DNA of 64,000 bases from Candidatus Poribacteria bacterium (GTDB lineage: Bacteria; Poribacteria; WGA-4E; WGA-3G). Within the stretch, counting starts at the first letter, position 1, and every line of letters begins with the position of its first letter. The DNA lies in NCBI GenBank assembly GCA_022823085.1, contig JAJDXV010000098.1, forward strand, positions 8,828-72,827, in the 5' to 3' direction. Positions 36,521 to 45,281 of the stretch are shown piece by piece. The position numbers and the translations under genes are program-made. The notes beneath the pieces were generated by a model. That model had not been told where the DNA came from. It did not search any database and saw only the letters and a program-made list of their open reading frames with translations.

Positions 36521-38266
36521 TCAGGCGGTTGCCTGGATTAAGCCACAAACCCTTTTGAGGATTGCCTTTGCCTCGGTTTCGTCCTCGACCACGGCGGTAA
36601 GGAGTGCTTCGGCTTCCCTTGCTGTGTGATTTTTCAAAATGCTCAGTACAAGCCCATCTTCAACACGTAGGGGATATGCTGCATCCCGGATCAGACAACG
36701 CTCATAATGCTCATTCATTCCTAATACAAGAGACTTATACCCGATTTTCTGTTTTCCTTGATGGGTTGGTTCGATACCGTGTAAACCGTGGACTGCCTCC
36801 GGGGGTGTGGGTGCGAACACATTGAGGAGTCTATTTGGACTGACGAGTTGTCTTTTCTGATGAAGCCCTTCAAATAATTGGATAATCCGATGTGCGGTTT
36901 TCTCCCAGGTAAAGGAGCGTGCCCGTTCTCTGGCTTTTTTGGAAAGGGATTGCCGGAGTTGATCATTGGTGAACAGCAAGTTAATTTTCTCCGAAAAATC
37001 GAGGGGCGAAGGGTAACTGACAAACGTTGCGATATCCTGGTGAAAGTTCTCGGCATCGGCGATCAAGCCCGCCTCGCCGACGACTGATGGCACGCCATCA
37101 AAATTGGGAACGACAGGCGGCACACCACACGCCATGGCTTCAAGGACAGTGAGACCGAAGGTCTCTTCCCCTGACATTGACAGGAAACAATACACATCAA
37201 AGGCGTTGTAGACCCGCGGCAATGCTTCACGGGGATGGAAACCGGCGTAGACGAGATTGTTGGGGAGATCTCTTGAAGCATATCTTCCGAGACTGGGCCC
37301 TGCGATTAAAAATAAGAGGTGTGGATTCAATTCAGCGAGTTTCAAGTAGACCGAGGCACCTTTTTCAGACTCTACTCGAGAAAGGTAGCCAACGGTTGGG
37401 GTTGTTAGGATGCGATCGTCTCCAAGGTGTTCAGCGAGTGCTTGTTTGGCTTTTTGTTTCTCCATTGGGCGGAACAAAGCCGAGTCTACACCGTTGGGGA
37501 GGGTGTTGAAGAAACTGGTGTCCCAGACATAATCGGCATAGAACTCACGGACATAATCAGAGGGGGCGGTGAAAGCATCGAAATCCCGCATTGCAGCATA
37601 ATGCCGGAGCATGGAATTGATTGCATCGCCACCATGTCCACGGGGTGCATGACACTGAACAAGGATCGGTGGGAGCTCAACATGCTGATACAGCGGTAAG
37701 AGCCATGTCTCATGGTCGCGATGTAAGGTGAGGATGCCGAAATAGGTGGCGTTGAGACGCCGGCTGAGTCGTCCAAAGTCAGCCACACTGATATCTACTT
37801 CATAGACATTATCGGCTAACTTTCGATTTCGGGTGCCAGCAAAATGCAGGTCTACATATTTGGTGAGATGTTCAAACATGTAAGAAAGTGCCATGTTGGT
37901 GCCGGCGGATAACGTTTCAATATCAAAGAAGGAATCTACAGGGATGCCGGGGATCACAACAAGTAACTTGCGCCGCTCGTTTTCCAAGGCGCGGGTTTTT
38001 GTGAGATTCTCACCGCGATTGAATAGCAAGCCTTCTTTTTCGAGTGCTTCAAAGCTTTGAAACGCTTCAAAAATATCGTCCGCTGTATAAGAAGTTTTCA
38101 GTGTTTGGAGGATCCACTCACGCGTGTGGGTTTCGGCGAGTTTTAAGATGTCGACCATCACAGCGGAAAGTTCAATGACACTGGCTTTCTCAAGGTCTGC
38201 GGCATAAAACGCAGCATCTTCTTCAAACAAGTAATGCTTATGTAAAGTTCTGGGAAAATCAAACAA
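36521..38266 (-). CDS. GT4-family glycosyltransferase with an N-terminal PqqD/RRE-like domain
   Basis: LHKHYLFEEDAAFYAADLEKASVIELSAVMVDILKLAETHTREWILQTL...ALEKEGLLF. EETFGLTVLEAMACGVPPVVP. Tail VEDGLVLSILKNHTAREAEALLTAVV. Confidence 0.7.
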   Translation of the reverse strand: MFDFPRTLHKHYLFEEDAAFYAADLEKASVIELSAVMVDILKLAETHTREWILQTLKTSYTADDIFEAFQSFEALEKEGLLFNRGENLTKTRALENERRKLLVVIPGIPVDSFFDIETLSAGTNMALSYMFEHLTKYVDLHFAGTRNRKLADNVYEVDISVADFGRLSRRLNATYFGILTLHRDHETWLLPLYQHVELPPILVQCHAPRGHGGDAINSMLRHYAAMRDFDAFTAPSDYVREFYADYVWDTSFFNTLPNGVDSALFRPMEKQKAKQALAEHLGDDRILTTPTVGYLSRVESEKGASVYLKLAELNPHLLFLIAGPSLGRYASRDLPNNLVYAGFHPREALPRVYNAFDVYCFLSMSGEETFGLTVLEAMACGVPPVVPNFDGVPSVVGEAGLIADAENFHQDIATFVSYPSPLDFSEKINLLFTNDQLRQSLSKKARERARSFTWEKTAHRIIQLFEGLHQKRQLVSPNRLLNVFAPTPPEAVHGLHGIEPTHQGKQKIGYKSLVLGMNEHYERCLIRDAAYPLRVEDGLVLSILKNHTAREAEALLTAVVEDETEAKAILKRVCGLIQATA

Positions 38267-38307
38267 GGTTTTTTCTCACCTTTCTATTGTTCACTAAGAG
38301 TGCTTTC

Positions 38308-38345
38308 AAAATTAAGGACACAATTTTCGGGGCAAAAAGGTGCAT
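38308..38345 (-). promoter_or_regulatory. Conserved promoter-like motif, copy 4
   Basis: Minus strand ATGCACCTTTTTGCCCCGAAAATTGTGTCCTTAATTTT, ~45 nt upstream of the GT start at 38266. Confidence 0.5.
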
Positions 38346-38396
38346 GATTTGAAAAAAATATGCGAACAGAATAGATCTAAAATGCATCCAGCCTTC

Positions 38397-38434
38397 AAAA
38401 TTAAGGACACAATTTTCGGGGCAAAAAGGTGCAT
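38397..38434 (-). promoter_or_regulatory. Conserved promoter-like motif, copy 5 (89-bp tandem duplicate of copy 4)
   Basis: Identical to copy 4 and part of a direct duplication of ~38304-38362. Confidence 0.45.
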
Positions 38435-39165
38435 GATTTGAAAAAAATATGCTGCTACCTTCGGCTAAAATATGGCTCAAATCCCTGAAATAGCAGGATT
38501 ATAGACGGACTTTATCTTTAAAAATTACATGATTTGAAAAAAATATGCGAACGTAGGATGGGACAATCGGATTGAAATTGTTATGTTTTTGATATTCAAA
38601 AACACATATTTATGCTGAAAAATTTGGATATAATATGCGAACTTGACACACCTCGAATCCCGGTAGCGGTCGTGGAATGTATTACTGACAAACACTTACA
38701 AGGAGCTCCCGCCTGCCCGAGTTTGTCCAACAAGCCGACATCACAGCCGTCCAGGAATCTCTGATTTCCCTCATTTTTTTTACGATACCCTCAAATCCTT
38801 TCACCAAAGCCCCTATAACGTCCGCAGAAGGACATCGCAGTGGAGATTCGCCGATTGTTATCTGTCCTTCCTGTAGCCCACAGATGCATAGATAGGGGTA
38901 TTCTCTAAAGGATCCCTCCTCTTTTTTCTGTTCTTCTTGTTAAACAGCAAAAATCAGTGGCTTTTCTGCCTTAAGAAGGGCCCCGTTTGCCTGCCTGTTT
39001 TTTAACAATTTTAATATATACTTTTAAATGTTTTAAGGGTGCTACCAACCCACGCCACATCTGACTTCCCAGACTTTAAGATGAGTATTTATGGTATGAA
39101 AGGTGAGTATTAATATTGGCAAAACTTTCCTTTATGATAGAATTTACTTAAGGAGGGTATCTCTC

Positions 39166-39285
39166 ATGAATTTAGCGAAAATTAATGAAGTTGTTAAGGC
39201 GAGCCCTGCTATCCAGATTCAGAGTAAGATTTCCCTTTTCCAGCGGCGTGCTTGGAATGTGTTGCTGGCGAATGCCTATAAAATC
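39166..39285 (+). pseudogene. Rep gene remnant (first ~39 codons) with an adjacent ori-like AT-rich remnant
   Basis: MNLAKINEVVKASPAIQIQSKISLFQRRAWNVLLANAYK, after which similarity to Rep is lost. The upstream 38990-39060 is the reverse-oriented copy of the conserved GGTGGCACCCTTAAAACATTTAAAAGTATATATTAAAAT segment. Confidence 0.75.
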
Positions 39286-39503
39286 AAAACTATGCGCTTA
39301 TCAAGGAAGCCACAAGTTAGAAAAAAAGACGCTAAAAGCAGCGATATTGCTTCACACGACGAATCAGTTCAATATAGATTAATGAGTTTGCGATGCTGTC
39401 CTGACATATATCAGGGGCTGCCAATCGCGAGAAGAGTTATAGAAAAATGGACTCATAATCCATACACTAAGGCACTGAATGCATTTGATGATTGATGCCT
39501 TTC

Positions 39504-39542
39504 ATAATATAAGGACACAATTTTTTGACGGAAAGGGTGCAA
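39504..39542 (-). promoter_or_regulatory. Conserved promoter-like motif, copy 6
   Basis: Minus strand CTTGCACCCTTTCCGTCAAAAAATTGTGTCCTTATATTAT. It lies downstream of the lasso-cluster operon end and faces the rep remnant. Confidence 0.35.
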
Positions 39543-39814
39543 GATGGGCAAAAATGAAAAGGTCTGATTTTTCGTCTAAAAATTGGCAGTGCTGTTGGGA
39601 AATTGTCAGACACGCTTTTTAGGTTGAAGTGCGGTAGGTAAAAAATGACAGATTTTATTATCCCTGCACCGGCAGAAAACCTTCGCTGGAACGAACGCAT
39701 GCATTCGGGGGTCTATCACCAGGTAGAACTACAGTAGAAACGGTGGATGCTTGGGTCAAATTAGGGGCAGTTTTGACGACTCCTGAAATTCTTGGCAGGT
39801 ATCAGCAAATCGTT

Positions 39815-41296
39815 TTATTTCTCTCGCAGTCCCTCTTCCCAGCGGAACTGCGTCTCTCGCCTTGCGCCGAGACTCTGAAGTTTTTCAGTTATCCGCATTG
39901 TTTGTTCAATGAGAAGGGCCTCGCATCCGATCGTTTCAACGTTGAGTCGTAACAAGGGTTCGGTGTTCGACTCTCGGAGATTGAACCGCCAACGGGTGGG
40001 TTTCAAACCCTTATGAACACATGAGTGGAAATCTGGGAGAAATCTGACAGATAGACCGTCAACTGGTGTTTCAAGACAGGGGCGGTTCCCCCAAGCGTCT
40101 ATTGTTTTTTGGACGACATCCATAGCATCTCGCATCTGAGAGCGGGTTTCAAAGGAAAAGTTAATCTCACCGGAAACGGGGTATGCTGCTCGGAAGGGGT
40201 CTACAGCTTCAGCGAGGGACTTTCCACTTTCGTTGAGGTATTCAAGGACGAGTAGAAACGGGATCATGCCATTATCGGTATGGAAATTATCTTTGAAGTA
40301 ATAGTGTCCGCTCGCCTCTCCTGCGAACAAGGCCCCGGTTTTTTGCATACGGGTTTTGATAAACGAATGCCCACATCGGTTGAGAATCGGTGTCCCATTT
40401 GCGGTGACAACGGCGTTTTCTACCGCCCATACGGCTCTTGGATCAAAGATGACAGCACCCTTTTCTTGTTCCCGGAGGCATTTTTCAGCGAGCAGTGCCG
40501 TAATATAGCAGCCCTCAACGAACATTCCATTTTCATCGAAGAAAAAACATCTGTCGGCATCAGCATCCCATGCCACTGCTAAATCTGCACCCTTCCGCTT
40601 AACTGCCGCCGTGGTTAATTTACGATTCTCCGGTCTGAGTGGGTCGGGTCTGCCTGCCGGGATCTGGGAGAATGTTCCATCGGGTTGCGTAAATAACCGT
40701 TCACAGATTTCGATGGGTGTCTCGGCTAACAAGCGGTTAGCGACCTGTCCAGCAAGTCCGTTATTGGCGTTGATGACAATGCGCCTGTTAGATAACTCCT
40801 CGGCGTTTACAAACGAGCGAAGGTGTTCCAAATAGACATCTAAAAACGAAACAGATTCAAGGGTGCCGCTACGGTGGGTATTTCCGTTTAGAGATAAAGT
40901 TTTCCTTTCAAGGATATCGCGAAGATCGAGAAGCCCTGTATTCGCGGATAGCGGTGCGGCATGCTGACGGACGAGTTTCATGCCGTTATATGCCGCTGGA
41001 TTGTGAGATGCCGAGATGATAATACCTCCGTCTGTCTGGTAGTGGACTACAGCGAAATAGAGCATATCCGTAGAGATCCGACCGAGATTGAGAACATCAA
41101 CACCAGCGTCAAGGAGTCCCTCGGCGACTTGCTGGTAGAGCTGGAAAGAACTCTCGCGGACATCGTGTCCCAAGGCGACGGTTTTAGGTTGAAAGCGCGC
41201 TGCATACGCACGGGCGATTTGATAGAAATCCTCGGGTTGGAAATCGACACCAAAAATACCCCGAATATCATACGCCTGGAAGATGTCACGGTTCAT
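39815..41296 (-). CDS. Phosphomannomutase/phosphoglucomutase
   Basis: MNRDIFQAYDIRGIFG..., active-site ISASHNPAAYNGMK, ...GEASGHYYF. The start is set at the ATG overlapping the upstream stop (TAATG) rather than the longer ORF. Confidence 0.85.
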   Translation of the reverse strand: MNRDIFQAYDIRGIFGVDFQPEDFYQIARAYAARFQPKTVALGHDVRESSFQLYQQVAEGLLDAGVDVLNLGRISTDMLYFAVVHYQTDGGIIISASHNPAAYNGMKLVRQHAAPLSANTGLLDLRDILERKTLSLNGNTHRSGTLESVSFLDVYLEHLRSFVNAEELSNRRIVINANNGLAGQVANRLLAETPIEICERLFTQPDGTFSQIPAGRPDPLRPENRKLTTAAVKRKGADLAVAWDADADRCFFFDENGMFVEGCYITALLAEKCLREQEKGAVIFDPRAVWAVENAVVTANGTPILNRCGHSFIKTRMQKTGALFAGEASGHYYFKDNFHTDNGMIPFLLVLEYLNESGKSLAEAVDPFRAAYPVSGEINFSFETRSQMRDAMDVVQKTIDAWGNRPCLETPVDGLSVRFLPDFHSCVHKGLKPTRWRFNLRESNTEPLLRLNVETIGCEALLIEQTMRITEKLQSLGARRETQFRWEEGLREK

Positions 41297-41991
41297 TAGA
41301 AAACTCCATTTTGGAAGTGTTGTTGGGCATACGCCAGCCGCGCCGGGACACCAATGTCGATCCAATCCGCATGGGCTTGTAAAGTATAAAGACCCCGAAC
41401 ATTGGGGAAAACATCGCGCTCAATTGAGAAGCTCTCCTGATCTTTCGGAAACGCGTCAGCAATCGTCTTGCTGAAGATGTATACACCACTGTTGATGTAA
41501 CCCGGGCGACAGACGGATTGTTTCTCGCGGAAGGCTTTGACTTTTCCATCGCCATCGGAGACGATCTCGCCGTAGGCGTGAATATCGTCAACACGCACAC
41601 TCAGTAGCACACCTAACATGTCTTGCTGAAACTTCTGTAACATCTCGCGCAGCGAAAAGTTAGCGAGGAGTACGTCGCCGTTGAGAACGAAAAAAGGCGA
41701 TGTGCTGATATGTCTCATGGCATTCTGAATAGCACCACCCGTGCCGAGTCTCTTCTCCTCTTTGGCGTATCGAACACGCACACCGGCGTAGGAAGTACCG
41801 ACGCGTTCATAAATCACATCATGGAGGTGTCCCGATGCGAGGATAACTTCGTCAACATTGGTCTCTTTTAGCAGTTGGATCTGCCAGTCCAACACCGTTT
41901 TACCTGCAATTTGAAGCAGAATTTTGGGGACTGTCTTTGTCAGGTTCCCTAACCGTGTCGCTAGCCCGCCACATAAAATGATCGCTTGCAT
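41296..41991 (-). CDS. Sugar-1-phosphate nucleotidyltransferase (NTP_transferase family)
   Basis: MQAIILCGGLATRLGNLTKTVPKILLQIAGK..., ...GTGGAIQNA.... Confidence 0.8.
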   Translation of the reverse strand: MQAIILCGGLATRLGNLTKTVPKILLQIAGKTVLDWQIQLLKETNVDEVILASGHLHDVIYERVGTSYAGVRVRYAKEEKRLGTGGAIQNAMRHISTSPFFVLNGDVLLANFSLREMLQKFQQDMLGVLLSVRVDDIHAYGEIVSDGDGKVKAFREKQSVCRPGYINSGVYIFSKTIADAFPKDQESFSIERDVFPNVRGLYTLQAHADWIDIGVPARLAYAQQHFQNGVF

Positions 41992-42007
41992 CTGTATTGC
42001 CCCTCTG

Positions 42008-42054
42008 CGGACGGTCGAGGTTTCTTCGACTCTTGAAAAGAACTCGACCGTCCG
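42008..42054 (-). terminator. Strong hairpin (12-bp perfect arms CGGACGGTCGAG/CTCGACCGTCCG) between the MacB-like permease gene and the nucleotidyltransferase gene
   Basis: Read directly. The loop is partly self-complementary and there is no U-tract. Confidence 0.3.
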
Positions 42055-42131
42055 AAAATCAGTGTTACCTATCTGCTAACCTACAACGCAGGCAGTTTTT
42101 AGCCTGATACGCGCGAAACCTCAAAACAACT

Positions 42132-43433
42132 TCACTCTTTCTGGAGTGCTTCAACCGGTGAAAGCGTCGCGGCTTTTATTGCGGGATACATCCCGAACGA
42201 AATGCCGATGATCGCAGAAAATGAGACGGAGATGAGGATCCACTGCCAAGAGATAACTGCAGGCCACTCGGGAACAATTTTGACAATTTTCACGGCAAGC
42301 ATCGCCATCCCTTCACCGGCAAGGCTACCTAATCCAATACCGATGGCACCGCCTACACCACATATTAGCACCGCTTCTATGAGAAACTGAAGTAGAATAT
42401 CCCAACGTTTTGCGCCGACAGCTTTCCGCAGCCCGATTTCGCGCGTTCGCTCACTTACAGCGACGAGCATCATATTCATAATGCCGATTCCCCCAACGAA
42501 AAGTGAAAACCCGGCAATGCTGCCTAAGGTTACTTTTATGATTTTACTGATTTTTTCGAGTTGTGCCATTCCTTTTCGCATCTCAAAGATTCCGATGAAG
42601 TCGTCTTGGTTTCTATGTCTTTTTCTGACAACTGTTTTTACCTCTTCAATTGCCTTGGGAACATCCTCAACCGTCCGTGCATAGACCGAAATATACTCAA
42701 TGTAGTCGTTGCCAGTGAAACGTTTTTGGACGGTTGATATAGGAATAAAGGCAAGGTTGTCGAAACTCCATCCGAACCGAAGACTTCTACCCCTCGGCAT
42801 CAACGTTCCAACGACTCTGAAACGCTCTGTGAATCGTATCCCTTTTTTCGGATGTCGCCGGTTATAAGAGTTGCTGTGCCGTGCGATTTTAATTTCTGCG
42901 CTTAAGGGAGATTTATCACCGAATAAGGCAGTGGCGACCTCGTCTCCCAGTACGCAGATTTTCGTTGCGTTTTCCACATCTTCATCCGTGATAAAACGTC
43001 CTTCCTTAAGGTTCCAATCCATTGCGGTTGTATAATTGGCATCTACACCGTTCCAGCCTGCCCGGGTTTCAGTACCCCCTGGCCCTTGGATGAGTACCCC
43101 TCCCGAACTCCAGACTTGCGGCGTGATAGCCTTCAGAGACAGGCACTCTGCCTCCATTGCCAAGACATCTTCGTATTTCAGGTATTCACTACTACGGTTG
43201 CGGACCCAGCGGTTGTTTACGCGTTTGTACCACATCCGGTACATGATGAACTGATTCGCACCCCCTAGTTTCTGTGCGTCTTGTACCACAATTTCCTTAG
43301 CCCCATCCCCAATAGCGATCATTGCTAATACGGCGGCGACACCAATGATAATGCCAAGCATGGTGAGCAGGGAACGCATTTTGTTTGAGCGCATTGCAGC
43401 GATACCAATTGTGGTGGTTTCAACGATATGCAT
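42132..43433 (-). CDS. MacB/FtsX-type ABC transporter permease (periplasmic MacB_PCD-like domain plus FtsX C-terminal TM bundle)
   Basis: MRSLLTMLGIIIGVAAVLAMIAIGDGA...; C-terminal SERTREIGLRKAVGAKRWDILLQFLIEAV.... Confidence 0.8.
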   Translation of the reverse strand: MHIVETTTIGIAAMRSNKMRSLLTMLGIIIGVAAVLAMIAIGDGAKEIVVQDAQKLGGANQFIMYRMWYKRVNNRWVRNRSSEYLKYEDVLAMEAECLSLKAITPQVWSSGGVLIQGPGGTETRAGWNGVDANYTTAMDWNLKEGRFITDEDVENATKICVLGDEVATALFGDKSPLSAEIKIARHSNSYNRRHPKKGIRFTERFRVVGTLMPRGRSLRFGWSFDNLAFIPISTVQKRFTGNDYIEYISVYARTVEDVPKAIEEVKTVVRKRHRNQDDFIGIFEMRKGMAQLEKISKIIKVTLGSIAGFSLFVGGIGIMNMMLVAVSERTREIGLRKAVGAKRWDILLQFLIEAVLICGVGGAIGIGLGSLAGEGMAMLAVKIVKIVPEWPAVISWQWILISVSFSAIIGISFGMYPAIKAATLSPVEALQKE

Positions 43434-43451
43434 TTCATGCCTCCCAAGATT

Positions 43452-45281
43452 TCAGCTAAAATTTTTTCCGTATTTTTCCGATTGCATTCGATATAATGTT
43501 GCATACCGCCCACCTTTGTTCATCAGTTGATCGTGTGTACCTTCCTCAAGAACTTGCCCTTGGTCAATGACGAGAATTCTGTCTGCCATGCGGACGGTCG
43601 AAAAACGGTGAGAGATTAACAAGGTTGACACACCTTCCGTAAGAATTTTGAAGCGTTGAAAGAGGCCGTATTCAGATTCTGCATCGAGTGCGGCTGTCGG
43701 TTCATCAAGGATAAGGATTTGTGCATCTCTCATAAATGCGCGCGAGATGGCGATTTTCTGCCACTCTCCACCAGATAAATCGACACCGCCTTCAAATTGT
43801 CGACCCAGCTGTGTCTGGTAGCCTTCAGACATCTTTGAAACCACGGCATCCGCTTGGCCTTGCTCGGCAGCCTGAATCACCGCGGTATCGTTGTTAACTT
43901 GTGCTACATTCCCAATACCGATGTTTTCGCCTGCGGTCAAGAAAAAGCGCGAGAAATCCTGAAAGACGGGGGCGATTTTCTGGCGTAAACTATCAAGGCG
44001 ATACCGGTCTAGTGGAACATCGTCAATGAATATCTCACCTTGTGTTGGGTCATAGAAACGACAGAGTAGTTTTACAAGCGTCGTTTTGCCAACACCGTTT
44101 TCTCCAACGATAGCGAGTGTCTCTCCGGCGTTTATTGAAAAGGAGATGTTGTTAAACACGGATTGCTTACGCCCTGGATAAGAGAAAGAGACATTCCTAA
44201 ACTCGACAGATCGGCTAATGTGAGAAAACTCCTGGGGTGCCTCAACTGTTTTAAGTGCAGGCACCAAATCAAAGAAGGACCAGAAAGAACGAAGACCCGC
44301 CGTCGAACCGATAAGTTGTCCCGCCATCAAGGTCAGCATCCAGAAACTCTGTTGCATCGAGGCAACGATGGAAAAATACATTGCCAAGTCCCCTACAGTA
44401 ATTTTCCCCTGGACCGAAATCAGCACGACGTAGGCGTATAAGAGTGTAAGTCCAATCCCATGCAAGAGTGAAAAAAGTACTGTGCTTCTCGTATGCGAAA
44501 TTTTCACGGAACGAACGCGTTTGAAAACCGTGTCAAAAAGTTCGCGGTACTGGTTGATAAAGTAACCACCGAGGTTAAAGAGTTTTATCTCTTTTGCACT
44601 TTTTGTATCAACAAGGAGTCGGTTGTAGTATGCCAATTGCCGCGATTCGGGCATCTGGTCCCAAGTAACGTCAAAGGCATATCTGTAATGGTGATATTCA
44701 ACCCACAGGTGAGGCAGAGCAACCAAGAGCATTGCAACAGGGATGAACGGACTGATTGTGGTCGTTAAGATCAATAGGGAGATTAAGGTAATCCCGTTGC
44801 TAAGCGTAGACGACATAAGCCATAATGTGCTTTCAGGGAGTGTTGTGTTCTCTTGGATAAATCGGAGTTGATTGTAAAATTGACTCTCATCAAAATGCAC
44901 CATCCCTGGTAGTTTCGATGCCTTTTTCATAACCTTTTTATCTATGTCAGCGATAAGCAGATCCGAAAGCGTACTACGGATTGCCTCTGATGCTGGCATC
45001 AGAATGAAGGGAAGGACTTGACAGACGAGGTAGCTAATACCCCAAAACACTGTTATGTTTTCTAATGAACTTCCCGCCTTCAGGAGTGTCACCACGTCAT
45101 TGACAAGTCGGTTGAGCAACGCAGCAGAAATCGCAGGGAGGCCGCTCGAAACAACCAGCAATAGCAGCAGTAAAGTGGTTAGTTTCGCTGAGCTGCGCCA
45201 GGCGACAGGAAGCATTCTCAGGCTTAATTTTGCCGCATCCACAACTTGTGTTGTCCAAGAACGTAATTTTTTAAACATCAT
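43452..45281 (-). CDS. ABC exporter, fused TMD-NBD half-transporter
   Basis: Six-TM N-half. Walker A GENGVGKTT, signature LSGGEWQKIAISRA, Walker B ILILDEPTAALD. Overlaps the upstream paralogue by 11 nt. Confidence 0.85.
   Translation of the reverse strand: MMFKKLRSWTTQVVDAAKLSLRMLPVAWRSSAKLTTLLLLLLVVSSGLPAISAALLNRLVNDVVTLLKAGSSLENITVFWGISYLVCQVLPFILMPASEAIRSTLSDLLIADIDKKVMKKASKLPGMVHFDESQFYNQLRFIQENTTLPESTLWLMSSTLSNGITLISLLILTTTISPFIPVAMLLVALPHLWVEYHHYRYAFDVTWDQMPESRQLAYYNRLLVDTKSAKEIKLFNLGGYFINQYRELFDTVFKRVRSVKISHTRSTVLFSLLHGIGLTLLYAYVVLISVQGKITVGDLAMYFSIVASMQQSFWMLTLMAGQLIGSTAGLRSFWSFFDLVPALKTVEAPQEFSHISRSVEFRNVSFSYPGRKQSVFNNISFSINAGETLAIVGENGVGKTTLVKLLCRFYDPTQGEIFIDDVPLDRYRLDSLRQKIAPVFQDFSRFFLTAGENIGIGNVAQVNNDTAVIQAAEQGQADAVVSKMSEGYQTQLGRQFEGGVDLSGGEWQKIAISRAFMRDAQILILDEPTAALDAESEYGLFQRFKILTEGVSTLLISHRFSTVRMADRILVIDQGQVLEEGTHDQLMNKGGRYATLYRMQSEKYGKNFS

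Noticed and set aside
39103-39495. 130-aa plus-strand ORF as a real gene
   Set aside because: Only codons ~22-60 resemble Rep, and the rest is unrelated read-through. It is interpreted as a rep remnant, not a functional gene.
39815-41365. 516-aa version of the phosphomannomutase ORF overlapping the upstream gene by 70 nt
   Set aside because: The extension (MDRHWCPGAAGV...) has no PMM similarity. The ATG at 41296 overlaps the upstream stop (TAATG) and gives the canonical MNRDIFQAYDIRG start.
42132-43433. MacB-type permease without an adjacent ATPase as a separate anomaly
   Set aside because: Stand-alone FtsX/MacB-type permeases commonly pair with ATPases encoded elsewhere. Not enough evidence in the window to call this unusual.
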